Part shown: positions 37,167-47,369 of the stretch, in pieces | Position numbering within the stretch: position 1 is the first letter of the stretch | Layout: every line of letters begins with the position of its first letter | DNA from: an uncultured Actinomycetes bacterium | Lineage (GTDB): Bacteria > Actinomycetota > UBA4738 > HRBIN12 | Reading direction: 5' to 3' | NCBI GenBank assembly: GCA_963727185.1 | Contig: CAVSFP010000006.1 | Coordinates: 346,005 to 410,004 of the forward strand | DNA length: 64,000 nucleotides | Notes under the pieces: model-generated | What the model saw: only the letters and a program-made list of their open reading frames with translations | Told to the model about the DNA's origin: nothing | Databases searched by the model: none | Translations under genes and position numbers: made by a program

Positions 37167-37826
37167 TTACAGGAGCCACGCCAGGTCGGTCACCACCTGG
37201 TGGCCGTTCCGGTCGGCGGGCGCGTCCTCGTTCTTCCGCAGGATGAGTCGTGCGTCGAGGCCGATCGCCGTCGCGCCATCGCAGTAGGTGGGCTGATCGT
37301 CGACGAACACGGCGCGTTCCGGCGCGACGCCGCCGAGCTGCTCGAGCGTCGCACGGTAGATCGCCGGATCCGGCTTCATCGCTCGTGCCTCGAATGAGAG
37401 CACGACCCGGTCGAACACCGCACCGAGTCCGAGCCGCTCCACGACGGGCCGGGTGGAGTGCGAGCAGTTGCTGACGAGCGCCGTCTTCACCCCGCGCTCT
37501 CGGAGCGAGACGAGAGCCGAGAATACGTCGTCGTAGAGATGCACGCCGTTGGCCAGATGCGCACGTTCGAGCTCGACCAGTTCGTCGACCAGCGTCGCAT
37601 CGTAGGGAACGCCAGCGGCCTCGAGCACCGCGGCCATGTCGCCCTCCACGCTGCCGAACGCGCCGACACCTCTCGCGGGGCGGGTCTGTTCGAATGCCTT
37701 CTGGAGCCGGTCCGCTTCCATGTCGTTGCCGATCCTGGTCGCGATGGCATCGCGCAGCCGGAACCACTCGCTCCAAACGATGGTGTCGTAGAGGTCGAGC
37801 AGGACGGCGTCGAAGGGCTCGGGCAC
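37167..37826 (-). CDS. HAD-superfamily hydrolase
   Basis: Motif I LLDLYDT, motif III/IV (KPDPAIY; FVDD). Confidence 0.7.
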   Translation of the reverse strand: MPEPFDAVLLDLYDTIVWSEWFRLRDAIATRIGNDMEADRLQKAFEQTRPARGVGAFGSVEGDMAAVLEAAGVPYDATLVDELVELERAHLANGVHLYDDVFSALVSLRERGVKTALVSNCSHSTRPVVERLGLGAVFDRVVLSFEARAMKPDPAIYRATLEQLGGVAPERAVFVDDQPTYCDGATAIGLDARLILRKNEDAPADRNGHQVVTDLAWLL

Positions 37827-37863
37827 GCGCCGAGTCTACGGACGGAGGGGCTCGACTGGTGAG

Positions 37864-39048
37864 CTAACTCACCGCGCCGGGGAGGAACGCTCGCATCTGC
37901 TCCTTCGCCGCTACATACCCGCCAGCCTCGCTCCGAACCAATCCGAGTCTCCGAAGCTCATTCAGGTCTCGAGTTACCGTCTTTGAGCCCTTTCCGAGGT
38001 AGGCCTGGGCCACCTCTGGTGCGAAGCTCGCAAGCTGTTGTCGCGTGACAGGCTCCTCGATTCTCGACATTGCCAACACGACAGCTCTGCGTCGTTCCTG
38101 CGTGGGGCTACTTCCGGGGAGGACTTGGTGTACTTGGTTCTCCCACATGACATCCATTTGCTCGGCTTGGACTTGGTGGATGGTCGCCCGAAGTCCATCT
38201 ACGAAACCTTCGACGGCATAGACCAGAAATGAGATGAGGTCCCCTCCCGATCGGCTGGTCAAGTTCAATTGCCGGTAGTACTCGCTGCGCGTTGCGTTGT
38301 AGTGGTTGCTCAACAGGTGAGCTGCGGGAAATGGAACCCCAGCCGCGAGGAGGATCTCGAACTCCATCAGACGTCCAGTGCGACCGTTGCCATCACCGAA
38401 GGGGTGGATCCACTCGAAGTAGACGTGAGCGACGATGGCCTTGACGATCTGTGTTGCGAGCGCCATGTCGGGATCATCAGGGGGCGGTTGGAATGCGGAC
38501 TCCAACCAGTCGAAGAGTCGATCCAAGAGGTACATCACGTCTTGAGCTGGCGCAGCCCTGTACGGACCCACTGCCACCGATCCCGTTCGGAACTCTCCAG
38601 GCTCGACGTCGGGTTCGAGTTCGAGGTTGTTAAGTACGAGGCGATTGAACCCCTGAACGCGAGCCAGGGTAAAGGGGCGGTGTCCCCCAACTACAAGGTC
38701 ATCCTTGATCAGATTGAAGGCGACAACGACGTTGTCGATCTCTCGCCCGAGGTATTCCTGGGAGGCGGGGAGTCGGAGGTCTCCCTCGATCCGAGCGCGG
38801 ACCTGCTCTTCGGACAGGGTGTTGCCCTCGATCGCTGTTGTTGCCCACGCACCTTTGGCCAAGTAGAGGCGCTGCATCCTGAACTGCGCCTCGGGCCGGA
38901 GCGGCACACCCCCTAGATGTTCGATCTTCGAGCGAGCTTCGCCGAGGAGCATCCACAGTCGAGCCGGGGCACGGTTCAGGTTGATCGGTGCGAAGCTCAG
39001 CCAAGGGTGGGTGGAGAGGTACTCACGACCTGAATCACCGCTACTCAT
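37864..39048 (-). CDS. Fic/DOC family protein (AMPylase-type motif) with C-terminal winged-helix domain
   Basis: HPFGDGNGRTGR (HPFx[DE]GNGRxxR Fic motif). C-terminal wHTH (TRDLNELRRLGLV). Gene and flanking 150 bp are visibly lower in GC (AT-rich codon third positions) than the rest of the window. Confidence 0.8.
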   Translation of the reverse strand: MSSGDSGREYLSTHPWLSFAPINLNRAPARLWMLLGEARSKIEHLGGVPLRPEAQFRMQRLYLAKGAWATTAIEGNTLSEEQVRARIEGDLRLPASQEYLGREIDNVVVAFNLIKDDLVVGGHRPFTLARVQGFNRLVLNNLELEPDVEPGEFRTGSVAVGPYRAAPAQDVMYLLDRLFDWLESAFQPPPDDPDMALATQIVKAIVAHVYFEWIHPFGDGNGRTGRLMEFEILLAAGVPFPAAHLLSNHYNATRSEYYRQLNLTSRSGGDLISFLVYAVEGFVDGLRATIHQVQAEQMDVMWENQVHQVLPGSSPTQERRRAVVLAMSRIEEPVTRQQLASFAPEVAQAYLGKGSKTVTRDLNELRRLGLVRSEAGGYVAAKEQMRAFLPGAVS

Positions 39049-39195
39049 ATCGTCTCCCCAGATGTCCTCGTTACCTTACATATCTTGAAGGCCACTACCA
39101 GCAGAAACAAGATTTCACGCCCAGAAGTGTCCTCCAGGTTGTCCTGGTCGAAGGCCAAGACTTGTGGAGGGGGCTTCGAGACTTCGTGCGTACCG

Positions 39196-41229
39196 TCAGT
39201 CCGCCCAGAGCCCGGCGAGGAACGCGTCGACGTCGGCGGTCCCGTCGATCGCGTCGGCGTCGGGGAGCGGGATCACGTCGGGGGCGACCTCGTCGAAGTG
39301 CATGCGGACCTGGTCCGGCAGGAACCGCGTGAGCTGCGCGTAGCTATGCGGATCCTCCAGCCCGCGCGGTCGTCGGTAGTACCGCTGCGGGTACGAGACG
39401 ATCAGCGCGTCGCGTGCCCGCGTCATGGCGACGTACAGCAGACGGCGCTCCTCCTCGATCTCGTCGTCGTCGCCGGTGGCCATGTCGGACGGGATCATGC
39501 CGTCGGCCGCGTGGATCACGTGGACGACGTCCCACTCCAGCCCTTTGGCTGAGTGGATCGTCGACAGGACGAGCCAGTCCTCGTCCAGGAGCGGCGGGCC
39601 GGCAAGGTCGCCCGTAGACGACGGGGGATCGAGCGTCAGCTCCGAGACGAACCGCCCGCGCGTCTCGTACCCGCTCGCGAGCAGTTCCAGCTGTTCCAGG
39701 TCGCGTGCCCGGGCGGTCGACGCGTCGTAGCGCCGGGCGAACACCGGCTCGAGGAACGTGCGGATGCGATCGAGCTGCGCGGCCGGGGGCATGGTGGTCT
39801 CGTCGGCCAGGCAGTCCCCCAGCGCCGCGCGCAGCTCCTTCACACCGCTCACGGCGGCCTTCGGTACGGCGACCGGCTCCTCGAGGAACCGGAGCATAGG
39901 CGACGGCTGATCGTCGTCCGTGCGCCGCACGCCCAGCTCGTCCATCAGCCGCCGCGCCGTCGCGGGCCCCACACCTTCCGGCAGCTGCAGCACCCGGAAC
40001 CAGCTGACCTCGTCGAACGGGTTCTCTAGCACGCGGAGCAGCGAGAGCGCGTCCTTCACGTGCGCGGTCTCCAGGAACTTCAACCCGCCGTACTTCACGA
40101 ACGGGATGTTGCGCCGGGCCAGCTCCACCTCGAGCAGGTCCGAATGGTGGGCCGCGCGGAACAGGACCGCCTGCTGCTTCAGGGGGACGCCTTCCTCGCG
40201 GTGCTGCAGCACGCTCCGGCACACGGAATCGCACTGCTCGGCCTCGTCCAGGCACGTGCGGAGGATCGGGCGTCGTGCTCCTTCCCGCGAGGACCACAGG
40301 GTCTTCTCGTGACGCTGCGGCGAGAGCTCGATGGCGGCGTTCGACGCCGCGAGGATCGGCGGGATCGATCGGTAGTTCTGCTCCAGCCGGATCACGGCGG
40401 CGCCGTCGAACCTGGTCGGGAACTCCAGGATGTTCTTCACGGTCGCGGCGCGGAACCCGTAGATCGACTGCGCGTCGTCGCCCACCACCGTGAGGTTGCG
40501 CGGCGTATCCGCAGGTCGCATCCCTTCCAGGATGTCGGCCTGCAGCGCGTTCGTGTCCTGGTACTCGTCGACGAGTACGTGATCGAACATCGACGCCAGC
40601 GCGTCGCGCGTCTGGGGCGCGGTCACCAGCGCCTTCCAGAACAGCAGCAGGTCGTCGTAGTCCAGGACGTTCTGATCGCGCTTACGGACCGTGTACGCCT
40701 GGAAGACCTGCCGGATGCCGTCGATCTCGTCCACGCACCACGGGTAGTGACGCTTCAACACGTCGGGGAGCTTCTCGCCGGCGTTCACGGTTCGCGAGTA
40801 GATCGACGCCAGCGTGTCCTTGCGCGGGAACCGTCGTTCCCGCGTGGCGAGCCCCCTCTCCTCGCGCAGCAGGTTCATCACGTCGGCACCGTCGGACTGG
40901 TCCAACACCGTGAAGTCGGGGCGCAGTCCGAGCGGGCGCCCGTGGAGACGGAGCAGCCGGTTGGCGACGGCGTGGAACGTCCCGCCCCACACGCGTTCCG
41001 TCTCGCGCTGGCCAGTCGATCGTTGCGCGCGAGAGAGCATCTCGCGAGCGGCGCGCCGGCTGAACGTCAGCAGCAGCATCCGCTCCGGGCGCACACCGCG
41101 TTCCACCAGGTGTCCCACGCGACAGGCGAGGGTGGTGGTCTTGCCGGTTCCGGCGCCGGCCACGATCAGCAGCGGGCCATCACCGAACAGCACCGCGGAG
41201 CGTTGCGCCAGGTTGAGGTCATCGAACAT
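39196..41229 (-). CDS. UvrD/PcrA/Rep-family ATP-dependent DNA helicase
   Basis: Start at internal ATG 41229 (MFDDLNLAQRSAV...). Walker A AGAGTGKTT. Helicase motifs (DEYQDTN; GDDAQSIYGFRAA; LEQNYRS; VLSTIHSAKGLEWDVV; VAMTRAR). The 252 upstream codons of the ORF are Arg/Pro-rich junk. Confidence 0.8.
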   Translation of the reverse strand: MFDDLNLAQRSAVLFGDGPLLIVAGAGTGKTTTLACRVGHLVERGVRPERMLLLTFSRRAAREMLSRAQRSTGQRETERVWGGTFHAVANRLLRLHGRPLGLRPDFTVLDQSDGADVMNLLREERGLATRERRFPRKDTLASIYSRTVNAGEKLPDVLKRHYPWCVDEIDGIRQVFQAYTVRKRDQNVLDYDDLLLFWKALVTAPQTRDALASMFDHVLVDEYQDTNALQADILEGMRPADTPRNLTVVGDDAQSIYGFRAATVKNILEFPTRFDGAAVIRLEQNYRSIPPILAASNAAIELSPQRHEKTLWSSREGARRPILRTCLDEAEQCDSVCRSVLQHREEGVPLKQQAVLFRAAHHSDLLEVELARRNIPFVKYGGLKFLETAHVKDALSLLRVLENPFDEVSWFRVLQLPEGVGPATARRLMDELGVRRTDDDQPSPMLRFLEEPVAVPKAAVSGVKELRAALGDCLADETTMPPAAQLDRIRTFLEPVFARRYDASTARARDLEQLELLASGYETRGRFVSELTLDPPSSTGDLAGPPLLDEDWLVLSTIHSAKGLEWDVVHVIHAADGMIPSDMATGDDDEIEEERRLLYVAMTRARDALIVSYPQRYYRRPRGLEDPHSYAQLTRFLPDQVRMHFDEVAPDVIPLPDADAIDGTADVDAFLAGLWAD

Positions 41230-41289
41230 GTGTTCGAAGCCTACATCCTCGGATGCGCGCGGTCTACGACGTGACGATAGGCTCGCACG

Positions 41290-41961
41290 ATGCCCGACGA
41301 GAGCTTCCGCGTCCGCATCTCCGAGGACGGTCCCTACGAGGTGAAGGGGTCGCCGTCGCTCGTGCGGACCGCGCAGGTCGAGACGGAGTTCGGCGAGCCG
41401 ATCGGGTGGGAGGATCCGACGCCGATCGACGCGCCGGCGGAGTTCGACCTGTGCCGCTGTGGGCGGTCGAGCCGCAAGCCCTTCTGTGACGCATCGCACG
41501 AGACCGCGAGGTTCGACGGGACGGAGGTCGCCGACCGGCGTCTCCGGGAGGAGCGCACGAGGGTCCTGGTCGGCGACGGGATCGTGCTGTCGGACGACAT
41601 CTCGCTCTGCGCGCACGCCGGGCATTGCGCCGACCGGTTCACCGACGTCTGGGAGATGATCCGGCGGACATCCGACCCGGAGGTCCGCGCCCGCCTGCAG
41701 CACATGGTCGACCTCTGCCCGTCGGGACGGATCGCCCACGCAGCAACCGCCGACGCGGAGCCCGACGAGCCGGAGTTCGAACCGTCGATCGCCGTGATCC
41801 GGGACGGACCGCTCTGGGTACGCGGCGGCATCCCCGTCGAGTCCGCCGACGGCACGACCTACGAGGTCAGGAACCGCGTCACGCTCTGCCGCTGCGGTCG
41901 TTCGAGCAACAAGCCGTTCTGCGACGGCACGCACAAGGTGGTCGGCTTCCGAGACGGTTGA
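41290..41961 (+). CDS. Fe-S protein with two CDGSH-type zinc-finger/iron-sulfur domains
   Basis: CRCGRSSRKPFCDASH and CRCGRSSNKPFCDGTH (CDGSH motifs) flanking a Cys/His-rich middle segment (CAHAGHCADRF...DLCPSGRI). Confidence 0.7.
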   Translation: MPDESFRVRISEDGPYEVKGSPSLVRTAQVETEFGEPIGWEDPTPIDAPAEFDLCRCGRSSRKPFCDASHETARFDGTEVADRRLREERTRVLVGDGIVLSDDISLCAHAGHCADRFTDVWEMIRRTSDPEVRARLQHMVDLCPSGRIAHAATADAEPDEPEFEPSIAVIRDGPLWVRGGIPVESADGTTYEVRNRVTLCRCGRSSNKPFCDGTHKVVGFRDG

Positions 41962-42062
41962 GCGCATGGTCCTCGCGGGCGTCATGTGCCCGATTGCCCG
42001 TTCGCACGAAAGCTCCTAGGGTTCCCGGGAGGAGACCCTTCCCGGAACGGACCTCGTTGATC

Positions 42063-43271
42063 ATGGTCGCCAGCGGAGATCGCGCATCGGACGGCACCGT
42101 CCGGCGCCGCGGGACGCCCGATCGACGGGAATCGGCCGAGGCGCTCAGTGCGGTGATCGAGGACCTGGCCGGCGAGCTGTCCCTCCGCCCGCTCCTCGAA
42201 CGGATCCTCAAGCGTTCGACGGAGCTCCTGGGCTGCGACGCGGGCTCGATCTGCCTGGTGGACGAGGCGGCCGGCGTCTACCGCAAGGAAGCCGACATAG
42301 GGATCGCGTGCCAGTCCGGCAAGGTGTTCCCGCTCACCGAGGGAACCACCGGCGCGCTCATGGCTCGGCGAGGCCCGGTGGTCTTCGCGGACTACGGCGA
42401 CGTTCCCGGCGGACACGTCCGTCCCGAGGACCGGGAAGCGCTCAAGGGTGTGATCGGCGTCCCCATCTGGTGGCGCGGGGACATCGTCGGCTCCTTGGTG
42501 GTGTTCACCCGCGATCCCGGCCGGGCATTCGTCGAAGAGGACGCCGAACTGCTCGAGCTGTTCGCCAAGCACGCCGCGATCGCGATCACGAACGCGCGTC
42601 TCCACGAGGCGGCGGAATCGAACGCCCGCGCCGAGGCCGCCGCGGCGGAGCGCAACCGGATGGCGCGCGAGGTGCATGACACGGTGGCGCAGGGGCTCGT
42701 GTCGGTGTTGCTACAACTCCGGTCGGCGCAAGGAGCTATCGCCGACGGTCTGCCCGACGACGCGAACGAGGCGCTCGCCGAGGCCCGGTCCGCGGCCGAG
42801 GCCGTCTTCGAGGAGACCAGGCGGAGCGTGCTCGGGCTGGCGCCGTCGCCGCTGGAGGGCCGCTCGCTCGAGGAGGCGCTCGAGCTCGAGATCGCGTGGG
42901 CGAACCGTACGGGGGTGATCGACGCGCGCCTGGTCACCGCCGGCAGCCGGATGGTGCCTCCGCCCGATGTCGCCCACACGCTGTTCCGGATCGCACAGGA
43001 AGCCCTCACGAATGCGATCCGACACGCTCGAGCGACGTCGGTGCGTGTTGGCCTGGTGTACTCGCCCACCGGTGTCACCCTCCTGGTGCAGGACGACGGA
43101 GCGGGGTTCGATCAGACCCAGGTCGACGACGAGCGGGGAGCAGCACGCACTCGGACTGGGCGGCATGGCCGAGCGAGCCCGATTGCTCGGCGGTGCGCTC
43201 GATCTCGAATCGACGCCGGGATGGGGAACGCGGATCCGTGCCTGGATCCCGTCCGAGCCCGACGTCGCTGA
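42063..43271 (+). pseudogene. GAF-domain sensor histidine kinase (HisKA_3/NarL-partner type), frameshifted in the HATPase domain
   Basis: GAF (LLGCDAGSICLVDEAAGVYRKEAD...), HisKA_3 H-box MAREVHDTVAQGL, N/G1 boxes (QEALTNAIRHARAT; VQDDGAGFD). After GFDQTQVDDER the G2 box (GLGGMAERARLLGGALDLESTPGWGTRIRAWIP) is in another frame (ORF 42967..43914). Extra G in the GGGG run at 43135-43138. Stop used here (43269-43271) is in the original frame, 14 bp before the RR ATG. Confidence 0.6.
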
Positions 43272-43284
43272 GACGCCGGCCGGG

Positions 43285-43914
43285 ATGACCGATCCCGTGC
43301 GGGTCCTCGTGGTCGACGACCACGCGGTGACGAGGGCGGGCATCGTGAGCCTGCTGTCGAGGTCCGATCCGGGGCTACACGTCGTCGGAGAAGCCGGGTC
43401 GGGAGAGCAGGCGATCGTCGAATGGCGCGCGCTACGTCCCGACGTGGTGCTCATGGATCTACAGATGCTGGGTGGCGACGGGATCGAAGCCATCGCACGC
43501 ATCCGCGCCGAAGATGCGAACGCGAGCGTCGTCGCGCTCACGGCGTTCGCCAGCGACGAGCTGGTCGCGGGCGCCTTCCGGGCCGGGGCCCGCGGCTACA
43601 TCGGCAAGGAGGCCTCCGGGATCGAGCTGGTCAGGGCCGTTCGCGCCGCCTCCCGTGGGGAGACGGTCGTGTCGGGCCGCGCGACCGAGCGGCTCCATTC
43701 CCACCTCAACACGGGCGACGTGATCGCGTTCACTGAGCGGGAGCGGCAGGTACTCGCGTTCCTGGAACAGGGGTGCACGGACCGCGAGATCGGGGTGGCG
43801 CTCACCATCTCCGTCAAGACGGTCGAGAAGCACGTGGGTTCGCTCCTGCGCAAGCTCGGCGCTCAGAACCGCACGCAGGCCGTGGCTCGTGCACGGGAGC
43901 GCGTCGCCGGGTAG
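43285..43914 (+). CDS. NarL/LuxR-family two-component response regulator
   Basis: Receiver VRVLVVDDHAVTRAGIVSLL...VVLMDLQMLGGDG. LuxR HTH (LTERERQVLAFLEQGCTDREIGVALTISVKTVEKHVGSLLRKLG). Confidence 0.8.
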   Translation: MTDPVRVLVVDDHAVTRAGIVSLLSRSDPGLHVVGEAGSGEQAIVEWRALRPDVVLMDLQMLGGDGIEAIARIRAEDANASVVALTAFASDELVAGAFRAGARGYIGKEASGIELVRAVRAASRGETVVSGRATERLHSHLNTGDVIAFTERERQVLAFLEQGCTDREIGVALTISVKTVEKHVGSLLRKLGAQNRTQAVARARERVAG

Positions 43915-44008
43915 GGACATCCCCGATACACGGACGGGGGATCTCCCCGATGCGTCACCGCGCGGACGCCCCCTACCCTGAGCGTCCGGCCGGCTTCGGA
44001 GGGTTGCC

Positions 44009-44869
44009 ATGCCTGTCGTTCCATTGAAGGACGTCCTCGACCGCGCGTTCAAGGAGCGCTACGGCGTGGCGGCGTTCAACATCGTCAACGACCTCACGCT
44101 CGAGGCCGTCCTCGCCGCCGCCGTCGACCTCCGCGCGCCGGTGATCGTGCAAACGTCGGTCAAGACCGTGAAGTCGATCGGCCGGGACGTGCTCTACGGC
44201 ATGTGGCGCACCATGACGGCCGGCATCGAGGTTCCGGTTACGCTGCACCTGGATCACTGCCCCGAGCGCGACGTGATCACGTCGTGCTTGGAGGGCGGCT
44301 GGAACTCCGTCCTGTTCGATGCCTCGTCGCTCCCAGTCGAAGAGAACCAACGGCAGACGAAGGAGGTCGTGGCGGAAGCGCGCCGGTACGGCGCGCACGT
44401 CGAGGGCGAGATCGAAGGCATCAAGGGCGTCGAGGACGGCGTCGGTTCGGACCAGGAATCCACGCGTCAGTCGCTCGACGTCGCGCTCGCGTTCATCCGT
44501 GAGACGGGGATCGACTGCTTCGCGCCCGCGATCGGCAACGCGCACGGCATGTACGCGAGCGCGCCGACGCTCGACGCCCAACGGGTGACCGATATCGTCG
44601 AGGCGGAGCCCATCCCGATCGCGTTGCACGGCGGCAGCGGCATGACCGACGAGCAGTTCGCCGACCTGATCGGGCGTGGCTGCGCGAAGGTGAACATCTC
44701 CACGGCGCTCAAGCGCCGCTACATGAAGTCCAACCTCGCCTATCTCCGCGAGGCGGAGGCCGCCGACAAGTGGGACCCACCGTCGTTGTTCATGCACGTC
44801 CGGACGAACATCGTCGACATGGCTCAGGACCACATCCGACGGTTCGGGAGCGAGGGCAAGGCTTGGTGA
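44009..44869 (+). CDS. class II ketose-bisphosphate aldolase (fructose/tagatose-bisphosphate aldolase family)
   Basis: [26 protein letters not shown] motifs of class II FBA/KbaY family. Confidence 0.8.
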   Translation: MPVVPLKDVLDRAFKERYGVAAFNIVNDLTLEAVLAAAVDLRAPVIVQTSVKTVKSIGRDVLYGMWRTMTAGIEVPVTLHLDHCPERDVITSCLEGGWNSVLFDASSLPVEENQRQTKEVVAEARRYGAHVEGEIEGIKGVEDGVGSDQESTRQSLDVALAFIRETGIDCFAPAIGNAHGMYASAPTLDAQRVTDIVEAEPIPIALHGGSGMTDEQFADLIGRGCAKVNISTALKRRYMKSNLAYLREAEAADKWDPPSLFMHVRTNIVDMAQDHIRRFGSEGKAW

Positions 44870-45657
44870 CCGCGCTCATCTTCGATTGCGACGGGGTGCT
44901 GGCCGACACGGAGCGTGACGGGCACCTCCCTGCGTTCAACCGCATGTTCGAGGAGTTCGGCCTTCCCGTGCAGTGGTCCGAGCATGAGTACGGCGAGAAG
45001 CTCACGATCGCCGGCGGCAAGGAACGGATGGCGAGCCTCCTGACGGAGGACTTCGTCCGCGACAACGGGCTCGCCGCCGATCCCGAAGGGCAGCGGGCGA
45101 TGATCGCCGAGTGGCACCGGCGCAAGACCGAGATCTACACCGAGATGGTCGCCGCCGGCCGGCTGCCGGCGCGGCCGGGTGTCGCGCGCATCATCGCGGA
45201 GGCTCTCGATGCCGGGTGGTCACTTGCGGTCGCGTCGACGTCGTCGGAAGCGTCGGTCCGGGCCGTGCTCGATCACGTGGCGGGTGCCGACCAGGCCGCC
45301 CGCTTCGCGCTGGTCCTGGCGGGGGACGTGGTCCCCAAGAAGAAGCCGGCCCCCGACATCTATCAACTCGCTCTCAGGCGGCTCCACGCCGAGCCCGCCG
45401 ATGCACTCGTGATCGAGGATTCCCGCAACGGGATGCTCGCGGCCGTCGGCGCCGACCTGGTCTGCGTCGTCACCGTCAGCAGCTACACCGGCGACGAGGA
45501 CTTCTCGGAGGCGGTGCTGGTCGTGTCCTCGCTCGGCGACCCGGAGGGAGAACGGACCAAGGTGCTCGCCAACCATGGCGTCCGCGAGCCCGCGGACTTC
45601 GTCTCTCTCGAGGATCTGCAGTCGTGCTTGACCGCTCAACGCGTGCATCGGAGCTAG
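44866..45657 (+). CDS. HAD-superfamily phosphatase (CbbY/Gph-like)
   Basis: GTG start overlapping aldolase stop (GTGA). Motif [14 protein letters not shown]. Conserved K and DD motifs ([10 protein letters not shown]; IEDSRNG). Confidence 0.7.
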   Translation: MTALIFDCDGVLADTERDGHLPAFNRMFEEFGLPVQWSEHEYGEKLTIAGGKERMASLLTEDFVRDNGLAADPEGQRAMIAEWHRRKTEIYTEMVAAGRLPARPGVARIIAEALDAGWSLAVASTSSEASVRAVLDHVAGADQAARFALVLAGDVVPKKKPAPDIYQLALRRLHAEPADALVIEDSRNGMLAAVGADLVCVVTVSSYTGDEDFSEAVLVVSSLGDPEGERTKVLANHGVREPADFVSLEDLQSCLTAQRVHRS

Positions 45658-45667
45658 CGATCGGGAG

Positions 45668-46315
45668 GTGTGGATGGAGGAAGCGAGTCCGAACAAGGTC
45701 GAACTCGTCGTGCGGACGATGGCACAGACGGCGGTGGACAACGAGAAGTACTTCGGCGACCTGGACGCCGTCGTCGGCGACGGCGACTTCGGCTACTCGA
45801 TGGCGCGCGGCTTCGAGATCGTGCTGGCCGACTGGGATTCGTTCGACCGCACGGATATCGGGACGTTCCTCAAGAAGATCGCGGTCGTGATCACCAGCCG
45901 GGTCGGTGGCACGTCCGGTCCGCTCTGGGGCACCGCGTTCCTGCGAGCGGGTGCGGTGGCCGGGGACAAGACCGAGCTCACGTCGGACGACGCGCTCGCG
46001 ATGCTTCGCGCGGCCATCGAGGGCATCAAGAAGCGCGGCAACTCGGATCTGGGCGACAAGACCCTGCTCGACGCCCTGGAGCCGGCCGTCGACGAGCTGG
46101 AGAAGGCGATCGCGGAGGGAGACGACGCTGCCGTTGCGATCCGCCGGGCGGCGACGACCGCTCGAGAGCAGGCGGAGGCGACGAAGGCGATGCTCGCCAA
46201 GCGCGGCCGGGCCTCGTACACGGGAGAACGCAGCATCGGGACGCTGGACGCGGGGGCGATCGCCGTCGCGGTCATGTTCGAACAGGTCGCCGACGCATGG
46301 GCGGCCGACGAGTAA
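45668..46315 (+). CDS. dhaL: dihydroxyacetone kinase ADP-binding subunit DhaL
   Basis: GDGDFGYSMARGF, GGTSGPLWGTAFL, GDKTLLDAL characteristic of DhaL. Confidence 0.8.
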   Translation: MWMEEASPNKVELVVRTMAQTAVDNEKYFGDLDAVVGDGDFGYSMARGFEIVLADWDSFDRTDIGTFLKKIAVVITSRVGGTSGPLWGTAFLRAGAVAGDKTELTSDDALAMLRAAIEGIKKRGNSDLGDKTLLDALEPAVDELEKAIAEGDDAAVAIRRAATTAREQAEATKAMLAKRGRASYTGERSIGTLDAGAIAVAVMFEQVADAWAADE

Positions 46316-46328
46316 GGAGGGGACACGC

Positions 46329-47324
46329 ATGAAGAAGTTCGTGAACGATCCGAAGCAGTTCGTGCCGGAGATGCTCAAGGGCATCGCGCTGGCGAACCCG
46401 GACACGCTCAAGTACGTGCCCGAGTACAACCTGATCATGCGGACCGACGCGCCGAGCGATAACAAGGTCTCGATCGTTCAGGGGTCGGGGTCCGGGCATG
46501 AGCCCGCGCACGTGATGATCGTCGGCAAGGGGATGCTCGACGCCGCGTGTCCGGGCGACGTGTTCGCGGCGCCGCCGATGGACTACGTCCTGGAGACAAC
46601 CAAGCTGCTCAACTCCAAGAAGGGCGTGCTCCACCTGATCAACAACTACACCGGCGACCGGATGGCGTTCGAGATGGGCGCCGAGATGGCCGAGGCCGAG
46701 GGCATCACGATCGGGACCGTGATCGTCGACGACGACGTCGCCGTGAAGGACTCCACGTGGACCGTCGGACGCCGCGGCGTCGCCGGGAACTTCTTCGTCA
46801 TCAAGGCGATCGGCGCGGCCTCGGAGAAGGGAGCCGAGCTCAAGGACCTGATCGCGTTGGGCGAACGGGTCAACTCGGTCACGCGAACCATGGGTATGGC
46901 GCTCACGTCGTGCACGCCGCCGGCGAAAGGCTCACCGCTCTTCGAGCTCGGCGACGACGAGATGGAGATGGGCGTGGGCATCCACGGCGAGCCCGGACGG
47001 CGGCGCGAGAAGCTCGCCGACGCGAACGCGATCGTCGACGAACTGGTCGAGGCGACCGCGTCGGATCTCCCGTTCGGCAAGGGTGACAACGTCGCGCTCA
47101 TGATCAATGGGCTGGGCGGCACGCCGATCAGCGAGCTGTACCTGCTGTACGGACGGGCCCACGATCAACTCTCGTCGCGCGGGATCAACATCGGCCGCAG
47201 CTACGTCGGCGAGTACTGCACGTCGCTCGACATGGCCGGTTGCTCGGTGACACTCGTGAAGCTCGACGACGAGCTCATCTCGCTGCTCGAGGCACCGGCG
47301 GAGGTGGCCGTTCGTACCTTCTGA
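46329..47324 (+). CDS. dhaK: dihydroxyacetone kinase substrate-binding subunit DhaK
   Basis: ATG 46329 after TAAGGAGGGGA RBS. GSGSGHEPAH active-site His motif, DhaK fold. Confidence 0.85.
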   Translation: MKKFVNDPKQFVPEMLKGIALANPDTLKYVPEYNLIMRTDAPSDNKVSIVQGSGSGHEPAHVMIVGKGMLDAACPGDVFAAPPMDYVLETTKLLNSKKGVLHLINNYTGDRMAFEMGAEMAEAEGITIGTVIVDDDVAVKDSTWTVGRRGVAGNFFVIKAIGAASEKGAELKDLIALGERVNSVTRTMGMALTSCTPPAKGSPLFELGDDEMEMGVGIHGEPGRRREKLADANAIVDELVEATASDLPFGKGDNVALMINGLGGTPISELYLLYGRAHDQLSSRGINIGRSYVGEYCTSLDMAGCSVTLVKLDDELISLLEAPAEVAVRTF

Positions 47325-47369
47325 CAAACAGGGTTTGACCGACGTACGCGCCTCGGCGACCATCGAGCG

